The notes below the pieces were generated by a model, which did not search any database, was not told the DNA's origin, and was given only the letters and a program-made list of their open reading frames with translations. A DNA stretch of 46,208 nucleotides from Deltaproteobacteria bacterium (lineage in GTDB: Bacteria > Desulfobacterota > Deferrimicrobia > Deferrimicrobiales > Deferrimicrobiaceae). The position numbers and the translations under genes were made by a program. Below are positions 18,076-27,998 of this stretch, piece by piece. Location: positions 1 to 46,208 of the forward strand of contig JAQBCN010000130.1 in assembly GCA_032125195.1 (NCBI GenBank), read 5' to 3'. The first letter of the stretch is position 1. Each line of letters starts with the position of its first letter.

Positions 18076-18628
18076 GATCTCCGTACCTGAAACATTCCAC
18101 GACATGATCGTTTACCATGCCGACCGCCTGCATGAACGCGTAACAGATCGTCGACCCCACGAACTTGAACCCTCTTCCCCGTAAATCTTTACTCAAGGCG
18201 TCGGACTCGGGGGTGCTGCACGGAATTTCCGCCGTCCTGTTCCACGCATTCCGGACAGGACTCCCGTCGACGAACCGCCAGATGTAACCGTCGAAACTTC
18301 CGAACTCTTCCCGTACCCGCAGGAACGCCTGGGCGTTGCCGATGGCTGCGCGGATCTTGAGTCTGTTCCTGATGATCCCGGGGTCGGCGAGCAATATCGA
18401 AACATCACTCTCCGAGAATCCGGCAATTACCCCGGCATCGAAATTCCCGAAGGCTTTTCTGTACCCCTCCCGTTTCCTGAGGACGGTGGACCAGCTCAAT
18501 CCGGCCTGCGCCCCTTCCAGAACGAGAAACTCGAACAGGCGTCCGTCGTCGTGAACCGCCACCCCCCATTCCTCGTCGTGATAGGCCCGCAAGAGCTCGC
18601 TCCCGCCGGCCCATTCGCAACGGTTCAT
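18065..18628 (-). CDS. tag: DNA-3-methyladenine glycosylase I
   Basis: MNRCEWAGGSELLRAYHDEEWGV...FLVLEGAQAGLSWSTVLRKRE aligns from the Met at 18628 with the Tag N-terminus (MERCGW...YHDNEWG). The ORF stays open to 18661. Confidence 0.9.
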   Translation of the reverse strand: MNRCEWAGGSELLRAYHDEEWGVAVHDDGRLFEFLVLEGAQAGLSWSTVLRKREGYRKAFGNFDAGVIAGFSESDVSILLADPGIIRNRLKIRAAIGNAQAFLRVREEFGSFDGYIWRFVDGSPVRNAWNRTAEIPCSTPESDALSKDLRGRGFKFVGSTICYAFMQAVGMVNDHVVECFRYGDLTR

Positions 18629-18671
18629 CCGTAACCCTGCCCCGTCGATTGCAATGAGCATCCACCGTCCA

Positions 18672-19121
18672 TCAGGGCTCCGGCCGGCAGGCGACCAGGT
18701 ACCGGTACCCGTATTCCATCACGGTCTCGCCGCGCTGGTTCCTGACCGTGCACTTCACTCCGGCGATCCCCCGGTCCGGCCTGCTGCGCGACCGCCGGAG
18801 GCCGTCCCAACGACCCTCGACGGTCAGGACGTCGCCCGGGCGCACCGGGTGGAACGCGTGGATCTCGTCGATGCTCAGACCCGAGAGGATGGCGATCTCC
18901 CCGTGCGCATCCACCACGACCCGGGTGCAGACCGAAATGGTGTGCAGGGCGGACGCGATCACGTCGCCGAAGATCGACCGGCGCGCGGCATCCCCGTCCA
19001 CGTGGAACGGGAGCGGGTCGTACTCCTTCCCGAACGCCACGATTCCCTGGCGGTCGAATGCGACGGGGGTGCACGTGAACCGCTCCCCCTCGACCAGATC
19101 CTCCCAGTACCTCTTCCCCAT
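18672..19121 (-). CDS. MaoC-like (R)-hydratase hotdog-fold protein
   Basis: 149 aa. YDPLPFHVD...FGDVIASALHT is typical of the MaoC dehydratase domain. Confidence 0.8.
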   Translation of the reverse strand: MGKRYWEDLVEGERFTCTPVAFDRQGIVAFGKEYDPLPFHVDGDAARRSIFGDVIASALHTISVCTRVVVDAHGEIAILSGLSIDEIHAFHPVRPGDVLTVEGRWDGLRRSRSRPDRGIAGVKCTVRNQRGETVMEYGYRYLVACRPEP

Positions 19122-19127
19122 GCCGGC

Positions 19128-20501
19128 CTACTTCCCCGCGACGCGGGAGAGCGCTTCCTTCACGTGGCGCACCGGGAGCAGTTCCAGGGGGAATTTCGCT
19201 CCGAGGCGCTCCGCGTTGGACGCGGGCAGGACGACGCGGGAGAACCCCATCTTGGCCGCTTCGTTCAGGCGCATCTCGGCCATCGGCACCGCGCGCACCT
19301 CGCCCCCCAGCCCCACCTCGCCGAACACCGCCGTCCCCGGCGGGACCACCCGGTCCTTGAAGGAACCGGCCACGGCGCAGCACAACGCCAGGTCCGCCGC
19401 CGGTTCTTCGACCCGGATCCCTCCCGCCACGTTGACGAAGACGTCCTGGTTGTAGAGGGAGACGCCCGCCTTCTTCTCGAGGATGGCGCACATCAGGATC
19501 ACCCGGTTGTAGTCGACGCCCAGCGTCGTGCGGCGCGGCATCGCGAGGAACGACTGCGAAACGAGCGCCTGCACCTCGACCAGGAGCGGCCGGGTCCCCT
19601 CGATCGCCGGGAAGACGAGCGTTCCCGACGTCTCGTCCGACCGCTCGGAAAGGAACATCCCCGACGGGTCCGCGACCTCGGTCAACCCCTCGGCGCGCAT
19701 CTCGAAGACCCCGATCTCGTTCGTCGAGCCGAACCGGTTCTTCACCGCCTTCAGGATCCGGTACGGGTGCCCCTTCTCGCCCTCAAAGTAGAGGACCGTG
19801 TCCACGATGTGCTCGAGCACCCGCGGCCCCGCGATCGCCCCCTCCTTCGTCACGTGCCCCACGAGGAAGATCGACACCCCCGCCTTCTTCCCGAAGAAGG
19901 CGAGACGCGCGGCGCACTCCCGGACCTGGCCGACGGAACCGGGCGCACCGGGAAGATCGGAGGAAAATACGGTCTGGATCGAGTCGACGATCAGTGTCCC
20001 GGGGGAGAGCTCCCCGGTGGCGGAGAGGATCCTCTCGAGGGACGTTTCCGACATCAGGTAGATGCCGGCGTCGGTCACGCCCAGCCGCGAGGCGCGCAAT
20101 TTCACCTGCGCCTCCGACTCCTCGCCCGAGACGTACAGGACCGGCTTCCCGTGCCGGGCCAGGCCACGCGCCGCCTGGAGGAGGATGGTGGACTTCCCGA
20201 TCCCAGGGTCGCCGCCAAGGAGCGTCGCCGAGGCGGGGACGACGCCCCCCCCCATCACCCGGTCGAACTCACCGATCCCGCACGACGTCCGCGACGAGGC
20301 GGTCTCCGCGACCTCGGTGAGGCGCACCGGGCGTGAAGCGGGGAAGTCGGGCATGCCGGCGGTCCGTTGCCGCGGCGAGGAAGAGGAGGCGACCTCCTCG
20401 ACCAGCGTGTTCCACTCCCCGCACCCCGGGCACTTCCCCACCCACTTGGGAGAGGAGGTCCCGCACGCCGTGCAGGCGAACTCGACTTTTATTTTCGCCA
20501 C
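19128..20501 (-). CDS. radA: DNA repair protein RadA/Sms
   Basis: C-terminal 457 aa of ORF 19128..21638. Zinc finger CTACGTSSPKWVGKCPGCGEWNT, Walker A GDPGIGKST, KNRFG motif and a Lon-like C-terminal domain. GTG at 20501 follows GAGGTG-N7 and overlaps the larC 3' end by 13 nt. Confidence 0.95.
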   Translation of the reverse strand: MAKIKVEFACTACGTSSPKWVGKCPGCGEWNTLVEEVASSSSPRQRTAGMPDFPASRPVRLTEVAETASSRTSCGIGEFDRVMGGGVVPASATLLGGDPGIGKSTILLQAARGLARHGKPVLYVSGEESEAQVKLRASRLGVTDAGIYLMSETSLERILSATGELSPGTLIVDSIQTVFSSDLPGAPGSVGQVRECAARLAFFGKKAGVSIFLVGHVTKEGAIAGPRVLEHIVDTVLYFEGEKGHPYRILKAVKNRFGSTNEIGVFEMRAEGLTEVADPSGMFLSERSDETSGTLVFPAIEGTRPLLVEVQALVSQSFLAMPRRTTLGVDYNRVILMCAILEKKAGVSLYNQDVFVNVAGGIRVEEPAADLALCCAVAGSFKDRVVPPGTAVFGEVGLGGEVRAVPMAEMRLNEAAKMGFSRVVLPASNAERLGAKFPLELLPVRHVKEALSRVAGK

Positions 20502-21661
20502 GTCTTCGCCACCTCGAGCGCCACCTCGTCGAACGTGGCCGCTCCCGACCGCACGATCCGCTTCACGTCGTCGTACTCCGGCACCGGACGGACCGACCCG
20601 TCCGGCAGCGTCGCTTCCTTCACCCGGACGCGTCCGTACCGCGTCTCGAGCGGAAGCAAAGCGCGGTCGAGCTTCATCCGGTCGCACGCGTGGAACCGCA
20701 GGCCGATCGCGGTGGAAACGGAAAACACCGCCGAGGAGACGATCTCGAGCCGCTCCTCGGGGCACAGGAGGCGCAGCACCCAGCCCGGCCGGTTCTTCTT
20801 CATCGTGGCCGGCAGGATCGCCACGTCCAGGGCGCCCGCGGCCAGCGTCCGCTCGATCAGGATCTCGAACCGCTGCGGGCTCATGTCGTCGATGTTCGCC
20901 TCGACCTCGAGGACGCGGTCCCGCCCGAGGGCCGCCGGTACCGGATCCCCGGCGACGACGCGCAGCAGGTTGGGCCGGCCCGGGAGCTCCCGGTGCCCCA
21001 GCCCGATCCCGACACCGCGCACCGTCATTCCCGGCGGCCGCCCGAAGGAGACGTCGAACGCGCGCAGCAGCGCCGCCCCCGTCGGCGTCACCAGCTCCCC
21101 GTCCCCTTCCCCGAACCGCCACGGTGCGTCTCGCAGCAGTTCGAGCGTCGCCGGGCCGGGAACGGGGATCTTCCCGTGTTCCGACCAGGCTTCGCCGGAC
21201 CCTCCGGGGAGGGAGGAGCAGAACGCCTTCGGTGCGCCGAGGTGCTCGAACAGGAAGCAGCCGGATACGACGTCGACGATCGCGTCGACCGCGCCGACCT
21301 CGTGGAAGTGGACCTCGTCGACCGCGGTGCCGTGAACCTTCGCCTCCGCTTCTCCCAGGCGCTCGAAGCAGGAGATCGCCCGGGCGCGGACATCGCCGGG
21401 CAGGGAGGAAGCGCGCAGCAGGGCGACGATGTCGGGAAGGTGCCGCGCGGCGACCTTCCCCCTGGAGACGTTCACGGCCACCCGCGTCCCCGCCACTCCC
21501 CCGGACGTCCCCCGCTCCACGGCAAGCCGGTAGCCGGAGAGCGGCACCCCTTTCAGCGCCTTGCGCAACGCTTTCTCTGCCCCGGAAAGGGAGAGCAGCG
21601 CCGCCACCGTCATGTCCCCGGCGATCCCAGAGAAGCAATCGAAGTAAAGGAGGCCGCTCAC
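20489..21661 (-). CDS. larC: nickel-pincer cofactor nickel insertion protein LarC (DUF111)
   Basis: 390 aa. N-terminal LYFDCFSGIAGDM signature of LarC/DUF111. GTG start overlaps the larB stop (GTGA). Confidence 0.9.
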   Translation of the reverse strand: MSGLLYFDCFSGIAGDMTVAALLSLSGAEKALRKALKGVPLSGYRLAVERGTSGGVAGTRVAVNVSRGKVAARHLPDIVALLRASSLPGDVRARAISCFERLGEAEAKVHGTAVDEVHFHEVGAVDAIVDVVSGCFLFEHLGAPKAFCSSLPGGSGEAWSEHGKIPVPGPATLELLRDAPWRFGEGDGELVTPTGAALLRAFDVSFGRPPGMTVRGVGIGLGHRELPGRPNLLRVVAGDPVPAALGRDRVLEVEANIDDMSPQRFEILIERTLAAGALDVAILPATMKKNRPGWVLRLLCPEERLEIVSSAVFSVSTAIGLRFHACDRMKLDRALLPLETRYGRVRVKEATLPDGSVRPVPEYDDVKRIVRSGAATFDEVALEVAKTWRK

Positions 21662-22407
21662 AGCCGGTTGATTACCGATGCGATGACTCCCGCGCCGAAC
21701 CCGTTGTCGATGTTGACCACGGCCACCGTGGGGGAACAGGAGTTGAGCATTCCGAGGAGCGCCGCCACCCCGCCGAAGGCGGCCCCGTAGCCGACGCTGG
21801 TGGGCACCGCGATGACCGGCTTGTCGGTCAGACCCCCCACCACCGAGGCGAGCGCCCCTTCCATCCCCGCCGCCACGATGATCACCCGCGCGCCGCGCAC
21901 CCGTTCCTGCTGCAGCAGAAGCCGGTGGATCCCCGCGACGCCGACGTCGAAGAGGCGATCGACGCGGTTGCCGAGGAACTCGGCGGTCACGGCCGCCTCT
22001 TCCGCCACCGGGATGTCCGAGGTGCCCGCCGTCACCACGAGGACGGTCCCCTTCCCGACGATCTTCGGGGCGCCGTCCCGGACCACCAGGCAGCGGGCCT
22101 CCGGGTGGGCCTCCGACCCCCGGAGCCGCCTCCGCAGAGCCCGCATCTTTTCGTCGGACAGACGCGTGACGAGAACCCCCGTGCCGGCCTTTCGCATCGA
22201 ACGGGCGATCGTCACGATCTGCTCCGCCGTCTTCCCCTCGCCGAAGATCACCTCGGGGACCCCTTGCCGGATGCCGCGATGGTGGTCCACGTGCGCCCCC
22301 GCAACCGTTTCGTACGGCAACGCGCGCAGGCGCTCGAACGCCTCCTCCGCGGAGACGGAGCCGGCGGCCACATCGGCGAGCATTTTTTTCAGGCGGTCCT
22401 TCGTCAA
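21658..22407 (-). CDS. larB: nickel-pincer cofactor biosynthesis protein LarB (PurE-like carboxylase/hydrolase)
   Basis: 249 aa. HVDHHRGIRQGVPEVIFGEGKT and an AIR-carboxylase-like C-terminal domain (VVTAGTSDIPVAEEA...GMEGALASVVGG). TTG start at 22407 after AAGGAAGGGGA, with an alternative ATG at 22383. Confidence 0.9.
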   Translation of the reverse strand: MTKDRLKKMLADVAAGSVSAEEAFERLRALPYETVAGAHVDHHRGIRQGVPEVIFGEGKTAEQIVTIARSMRKAGTGVLVTRLSDEKMRALRRRLRGSEAHPEARCLVVRDGAPKIVGKGTVLVVTAGTSDIPVAEEAAVTAEFLGNRVDRLFDVGVAGIHRLLLQQERVRGARVIIVAAGMEGALASVVGGLTDKPVIAVPTSVGYGAAFGGVAALLGMLNSCSPTVAVVNIDNGFGAGVIASVINRL

Positions 22408-22423
22408 TGTTTCCCCTTCCTTA

Positions 22424-23692
22424 TCAATCCCGTATCCCGTCCCCGCCGGGCCCGCCGTGTTCCCCCGCCGTCACGCGAAGCACGCGGACCTCGAGAACCG
22501 CCCGTTCCGACGCGGATGTGACGGCCAGGACCGCCCCGGGGATCTCGAACGTCTCCCCCGCCGACGGGATCCGGCCCGCAAGGTCGGTCAGGAAGCCGCC
22601 GACGGTCGCGTAGTCCCCATCGGGCAGCCGAACGCCGATATCCTCCGCGAACCGCCCGACCTCCATTCTTCCCGGAACGAGAAACTCCGCCTCGGAAACC
22701 TTCGTATAGTATTCCATGCGGCGGTCGTATTCATCCTCGATCTCCCCCACCACCTCCTCGACCACGTCCTCCGCGGTGACGAGCCCCGTGACGCCGCCGA
22801 ATTCGTCCACCACGACGGCGAAGGAGGTCCGCGCGTCCCGGAACACGCGAAGCAGTTCGTCCAGCGGCATCAACTCCGGGACGAAGAGAGGCTTCCGCAG
22901 CAACGGCGTCACCGGATCGCCGGGATCGATTCCCGCAACGTCCAGGACGTGGAGGTATCCGACCACGTGGTCGACCCGCCCGCGATACGCGGGGTAGCGC
23001 GAATACCCGCTCCGGTCGGCCAGCAGCGCCGCCTCCCGGCAGGTCGCGTCCTCGGGAAGCGCCACCACCTGCGCGAGGGGCCGGAACACGTCCTCCACCC
23101 GTTTCTCGCCGAAGTGGAACGCCCGCCGCACCATCACCCGCTCGTGGGGCTCGACGTCCGATCCCCCGCCCCGGCTCGCCTGCAGCAGCAGCGCGAGTTC
23201 CTCCCGGGTCACGAGCGCCCGCATCGGAAGGATCCCGCCGAACGGCGCCGAAAGCGTCCGCGCCACCCAGGAGACCGCCGCGACCAGCGGATAGAGCGAG
23301 ATCTCCCCCATGCGGACGATGCGTCCGGCAGCGGAGGCGAGCCGGTCCGCCCGCGGCCGCGCGAAGCTCTTCGGGACGACCTCGCCGAGGACGATGACCA
23401 GGGGGGTGACCAGCAGGACGGCGACGAGCGAGGCGTACCCCCCGAACCGGGGCAGGAGCCTCGAGGTGACGACCACCGAGGAGAGGACCACGAAGAGGTT
23501 CGTCGCCGTAAGGGTGACGGCGAGGGCGCGCTCCGGCTTCGACAGGAGGTCGAGCGCGAGGCGGGCGCCCCGGTCTCCCTTGCGGGACCGCTCGGTGAGC
23601 TTGTGCCGGTCCGCCGAGATCAGCACCATCTCCGAACCGGTGAAGAGCGCCTCCATCAGGAGGCAGAAGGCGACGAGGAGGACGATTTCCAT
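22424..23692 (-). CDS. CNNM/HlyC-CorC family transporter-like protein (DUF21 + CBS pair + CorC_HlyC)
   Basis: 422 aa. Four N-terminal TM helices (DUF21), a CBS pair and a C-terminal CorC/HlyC transporter-associated domain. Confidence 0.85.
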   Translation of the reverse strand: MEIVLLVAFCLLMEALFTGSEMVLISADRHKLTERSRKGDRGARLALDLLSKPERALAVTLTATNLFVVLSSVVVTSRLLPRFGGYASLVAVLLVTPLVIVLGEVVPKSFARPRADRLASAAGRIVRMGEISLYPLVAAVSWVARTLSAPFGGILPMRALVTREELALLLQASRGGGSDVEPHERVMVRRAFHFGEKRVEDVFRPLAQVVALPEDATCREAALLADRSGYSRYPAYRGRVDHVVGYLHVLDVAGIDPGDPVTPLLRKPLFVPELMPLDELLRVFRDARTSFAVVVDEFGGVTGLVTAEDVVEEVVGEIEDEYDRRMEYYTKVSEAEFLVPGRMEVGRFAEDIGVRLPDGDYATVGGFLTDLAGRIPSAGETFEIPGAVLAVTSASERAVLEVRVLRVTAGEHGGPGGDGIRD

Positions 23693-23693
23693 C

Positions 23694-24947
23694 CTATTCC
23701 ACCTTCCCCTGCAGCGCCGGGCGCACGCCGACCTCCACGATCCGCAGCCCTTTCATCCGCTCCACGGTGAAGGAGATCCCCTCCCGTGAGGTCTTCTCGC
23801 CGGGGGACGGCATCCTGCCGAACTCGTGGAGGAGGAAACCGGCGACCGTGTCGAATTCCAGGTCCGGGATCTCCGTCCCGAACGCCTCGTTGAAATGGCG
23901 GATCTGCGTCTTCCCGAGGACGAGGGAGGACCCGTCGGGCCGCAGTACGATCTCCCTCTCCTCCCGGTCGCGCTCCTCCAGGATCTCCCCGAACAGCTCC
24001 TCGAGTACGTCCTCCAGCGTCACGATCCCGCACGTCTCCCCGTACTCGTCCACGACGACGGCGATGTGGACCTTCCGCCTCTGGAACTCGCGCAGCAGCG
24101 GATGGAGTTTCTGCACCTCGGGAACGACGTAGGGAGGGCGGACGAGATCCTGCCACACCGGCGGCGTCCCCCCCTCCGCGATCGGGCGGAGCAGCTGCTT
24201 GAAATGGAGGACGCCGACGACGTTGGTCCGCTCGCCCTCGTAGACCGGGATGCGGGAGCGGCGGTACCGGCGATACCGCGTGACCAGCTCCTCGTACGGC
24301 AGATCCTTCGGGATCATGAAGACGTCGGGCAGGGGGGTCATGATCTCCCCTGCGCGCCGGTCGGTCATCTCGAAGATGTTGTGGATGAGTTCCGTCTCTT
24401 CCGTATCGAGGGTGCCGGTCTCCTCTCCGGCGTCGACCAGCGCGCGGAACTCCGCCTCGGTCATCCCGTGGGTCTGCGGTCCGCCCCGCTCCCCCAGCAG
24501 GAAGAGGATCCCGCCGGCGATCTTCTCGAGCACGAAGCGCGCGGGGGCCACCACCCGGGAGAACGCGTGGAGCGGCGCGGCGGCGGCCAGCGAGAACCCG
24601 CGGGCCCGCGGCCAGACGAGGCACTTCGGCGTCACGTCCCCGATCAGGAGGATCCCCAGCGTGCCCAGGAGAAGGGCGACCCCCTCGCCGGCCCCGGCCG
24701 GAAGATGCGGGAGGAGCAGGGCGGCGATGACCGAGGAGATCGCCACGTTGACGATCTCGTTCCCGAGGAAGATCGTCGCGATCAGCCGGTTGGGCTTCGA
24801 GAGCATCTGCGCGATCCGCTCGGCCCGCCGGTTCCCCTCCTCCTTCCACTTCAGGAGATCCACGCGGCGCAGGGCGAACAGCGCCGTCTCCGTCGCGGAA
24901 AAGAACGCGGAGGCGAGGAACAGGAAGGGGAGAAGGACCGCTTTCAC
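23694..24947 (-). CDS. CNNM/HlyC-CorC family transporter-like protein (DUF21 + CBS pair + CorC_HlyC), tandem paralog
   Basis: 417 aa with the same architecture as the downstream gene. GTG start. The stop lies 1 nt before the next gene's ATG. Confidence 0.85.
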   Translation of the reverse strand: MKAVLLPFLFLASAFFSATETALFALRRVDLLKWKEEGNRRAERIAQMLSKPNRLIATIFLGNEIVNVAISSVIAALLLPHLPAGAGEGVALLLGTLGILLIGDVTPKCLVWPRARGFSLAAAAPLHAFSRVVAPARFVLEKIAGGILFLLGERGGPQTHGMTEAEFRALVDAGEETGTLDTEETELIHNIFEMTDRRAGEIMTPLPDVFMIPKDLPYEELVTRYRRYRRSRIPVYEGERTNVVGVLHFKQLLRPIAEGGTPPVWQDLVRPPYVVPEVQKLHPLLREFQRRKVHIAVVVDEYGETCGIVTLEDVLEELFGEILEERDREEREIVLRPDGSSLVLGKTQIRHFNEAFGTEIPDLEFDTVAGFLLHEFGRMPSPGEKTSREGISFTVERMKGLRIVEVGVRPALQGKVE

Positions 24948-24954
24948 GATGGCG

Positions 24955-27513
24955 TCAGCGAGCCCGCTTCGGCTTCCCCGAACCTTTCGCCGGCGCGCTC
25001 TCTTTCCGGCGAGGCGTCGTCTTCCTCTTTTCCAACCGGAACGGGTCCCTCGTCAGGGCCAGGGAGAGCACCTCGTCCATGGTCTGCACCAGAGAGAAGC
25101 GCACCTGCCGCGCCTCGTGGCGCGGGATCTCCTCGAGGTCCTTCCCGTTCCGCGAAGGGGCGATCACGTGGTTGATCCCGGCGCGAAGCGCCGCCAGCGC
25201 CTTCTCCTTCAGGCCGCCGATCGGAAGGACGCGGCCGCGGAGGGTGATCTCGCCGGTCATCGCCACGTCCCTGCGGACGGGGATCCCGGTGAGCGAGGAA
25301 ACGAGGGCCGTCGCGATCGTGATCCCGGCGGAAGGCCCGTCCTTCGGGATCCCCCCCGACGGGACATGGATGTGGATGTCGTGCTTCGCGTGGAAATTCC
25401 GGGGAAGCCCGAGCTTCGCCGCACGCGAACGGGTGTATGTGATCGCCGCCTGGGCGCTCTCCTTCATCACGTCGCCGAGGTACCCGGTGATCATCACGCC
25501 TCCCTTCCCGTCGACGAGGGACACCTCGACGAAGAGGATGTCCCCCCCGGTCGGCGTCCAGGCGAGGCCCGTGGCGACTCCGATCTCGTCGACCTCCCCC
25601 TCCGTTTCCTGGAGGTTCCGCGGGGCCCCGAGATACTTCGCGAGGCTCTTCGGCGTGACGGCAAAGGGCCCCTTCTCCCCCTCGGCGATCTTCCGGGCCA
25701 GTTTCCGGCACACCTGGCCGATCTCCCGCTCGAGGTTTCGCAGCCCCGCCTCCCGCGTGTATTCGTGGATGATGGCGAGGATCGCCTTGTCCCCGATCGT
25801 GACCTTCCCCCGCCGGATCCCGTTCTCCTCCAACTGGCGCGGCAGAAGGTATTTCCTGGCGATCGCCAGCTTGTCGACGTCCGTGTACCCCGACAGGCGG
25901 ATGATCTCCATCCGGTCCTTGAGGGCCGGCGGGACGGGATCGATGACGTTCGCCGTGGCGATGAAGAGGACCTTCGAAAGGTCGAACGGTACGTTCAGGT
26001 AGTTGTCGCTGAACGCGAAGTTCTGCTCGGGGTCCAGCACCTCGAGCAGCGCCGCGGACGGATCGCCCCGGAAATCGGCCCCCACCTTGTCGATCTCGTC
26101 CAGCATGAAGACCGGGTTCCGCGTCCCCGCCTGCTTCATCCCCTGGATGACGCGCCCCGGAAGCGCCCCCACGTAGGTCCGGCGGTGTCCGCGGATCTCC
26201 GCCTCGTCCCGGATGCCGCCAAGGGACATGCGGATGAACTTCCGCCCCATCGCGCGGGCGATCGACTTCCCGAGGGACGTCTTCCCCACGCCCGGGGGGC
26301 CGACGAAGCAGAGGATCGGCCCCTTCATCTTGTCCTTCAGCTTGCGCACGGACAGGTATTCGAGGATCCGCTCCTTGACCTTCTCGAGGTCATGGTGGTC
26401 CTCGTCGAGAATCTCCTTCGCCTTTCCGATGTGGATGTTGTCCTTGGTCTCATTCTTCCAGGGGAGCTCCACCATCCAGTCGAGGTAGGTCCGCACCACG
26501 GCCGACTCGGCCGAGTCGGGATGCATCCCCTCCAGGCGGCGGAGCTGCTTCTCCGCCTCCTTTTTCACCTCCTCGGGCATCCCGGCGGACTCGACCTTCC
26601 CCTTCAGGTCGTCGGACTCCTCGGACTTCCCGTCGATGTCGCCCAGCTCCTGCTTGATCGCCTTCATCTGCTCCCGCAGGAAATATTCCCGCTGGCTCTT
26701 GGACATCTCCTCCTTCGCCTGGTTCTGGATCTTCGCCTGCATCTCCGCCAGCTGCAGCTCGCGGGAGAGGAGGGAGCTGACCAGCTTCAGCCTCGCGACG
26801 GGGTCTTCCTCCTCGAGGACCGATTGCGCCTCCTCGATCTTCAGGCGCAGGTTCGACGCGACGAGGTCGGCGAGCACGCCGGGGTTGTTGATGTTCTCGG
26901 TGACCATCAGGATCTCGACCGGCATGTTTTTGAGCGACAGGATCTTCTCGATCTTCTCCCGGGAAGCCCGCATCAGCGCCTCCACCTCCAGGGATCCCTC
27001 TTTCAGCGGGGACTCGACGATCCTGTTGATCCGGACGCGCACCGCGGGCTTCGCCTCGATGAACCCGGCGATCTTCGCCTTCACGACGCCCTGGATGAGG
27101 ATCTTCAGCCGGCCGTCGGGGAGCTTCAGCATCCGCATGATCATCGCCACCGTGCCCGTTCGGTAGAGGTCCACCTCCTTCGGGTCTTCCACGGACGGAT
27201 CCCTCTGCGTGGCGAGGAAGATGTACCGGTCGCGCGCCAGCGCCTCGTCGACCGCGGCGACGGAGCCTTCCCTCCCCACGAACAGGGGCAAGGTCATGTA
27301 CGGGAAGATGACGATGTCGCGCACCGGCAGCAGAGGGAGCACCTCGGGAATCTCCGGCCCGCCTTCCTTCTCCTCTTCCGGGGAAGGGCTCTCCCCCTTT
27401 GCGGTTTCCGTCCCTGCTTCCATCTCCTCGGCGGTCGGGCGGCTCTCCGTGTCGGTCTGCTCCGCGGGTGCTTCCGTCCCCTCGCCCGGTTTCTTCTTCG
27501 TCTCGTCGGTCAT
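24955..27513 (-). CDS. lon: ATP-dependent Lon protease (LonA)
   Basis: 852 aa. LON N-domain, AAA+ Walker [10 protein letters not shown], protease motif PKDGPSAG. Carries an acidic low-complexity N-terminal extension and a basic C-terminal tail. Confidence 0.97.
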   Translation of the reverse strand: MTDETKKKPGEGTEAPAEQTDTESRPTAEEMEAGTETAKGESPSPEEEKEGGPEIPEVLPLLPVRDIVIFPYMTLPLFVGREGSVAAVDEALARDRYIFLATQRDPSVEDPKEVDLYRTGTVAMIMRMLKLPDGRLKILIQGVVKAKIAGFIEAKPAVRVRINRIVESPLKEGSLEVEALMRASREKIEKILSLKNMPVEILMVTENINNPGVLADLVASNLRLKIEEAQSVLEEEDPVARLKLVSSLLSRELQLAEMQAKIQNQAKEEMSKSQREYFLREQMKAIKQELGDIDGKSEESDDLKGKVESAGMPEEVKKEAEKQLRRLEGMHPDSAESAVVRTYLDWMVELPWKNETKDNIHIGKAKEILDEDHHDLEKVKERILEYLSVRKLKDKMKGPILCFVGPPGVGKTSLGKSIARAMGRKFIRMSLGGIRDEAEIRGHRRTYVGALPGRVIQGMKQAGTRNPVFMLDEIDKVGADFRGDPSAALLEVLDPEQNFAFSDNYLNVPFDLSKVLFIATANVIDPVPPALKDRMEIIRLSGYTDVDKLAIARKYLLPRQLEENGIRRGKVTIGDKAILAIIHEYTREAGLRNLEREIGQVCRKLARKIAEGEKGPFAVTPKSLAKYLGAPRNLQETEGEVDEIGVATGLAWTPTGGDILFVEVSLVDGKGGVMITGYLGDVMKESAQAAITYTRSRAAKLGLPRNFHAKHDIHIHVPSGGIPKDGPSAGITIATALVSSLTGIPVRRDVAMTGEITLRGRVLPIGGLKEKALAALRAGINHVIAPSRNGKDLEEIPRHEARQVRFSLVQTMDEVLSLALTRDPFRLEKRKTTPRRKESAPAKGSGKPKRAR

Positions 27514-27541
27514 GTCGTCGTTCCCCCTTCCGCCCTTCCCT

Positions 27542-27997
27542 TCATCCGGCCGTCACCGGGATCCGGCGCTCCCGACCCCGCCGTTCCGCGACCTTCGGGA
27601 TCGTGATCACGAGGATCCCGTTCGCCATCCGCGCCGATACCTCCCCGAGGTTCACCGAGCCCCGCACCTCGAAGGCCCGCTGGAACTTCCCGAAGATCCT
27701 TTCCAGGCAGAGAAAGGAGGTCTCCCCCGGGGGGAAATCCGGGACCTTCTCCCCGGTGACCTCGATCCGGTTCCCCAGCACCCGGACCTGCACGGAAGCG
27801 ATCGGGACTCCCGGGATCTCCAGCAGGACCCGGACGGCGTTGTCCACCTCCACGACGTCCGAAGGCGGCTGGCAGGTGGATTCCACGGGGAGATCGAGCA
27901 GCAGGACATGGCCGGTCCGGCGGGCCGCATCACCCTCCTCCCGGATCTCCTCCGAAGACTTATGGCGTGCGCGGGAACTCCCGATCTTTCTGCTCAC
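27542..27997 (-). CDS. Hsp20/alpha-crystallin small heat-shock protein
   Basis: 151 aa. Alpha-crystallin domain (LLEIPGV...VEVTGEK...[11 protein letters not shown]...[11 protein letters not shown]). The GTG start sits 1 nt after the galU stop, and its SD (AAGGAG) is encoded by the last codons of galU. Confidence 0.9.
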   Translation of the reverse strand: MSRKIGSSRARHKSSEEIREEGDAARRTGHVLLLDLPVESTCQPPSDVVEVDNAVRVLLEIPGVPIASVQVRVLGNRIEVTGEKVPDFPPGETSFLCLERIFGKFQRAFEVRGSVNLGEVSARMANGILVITIPKVAERRGRERRIPVTAG

Positions 27998-27998
27998 G

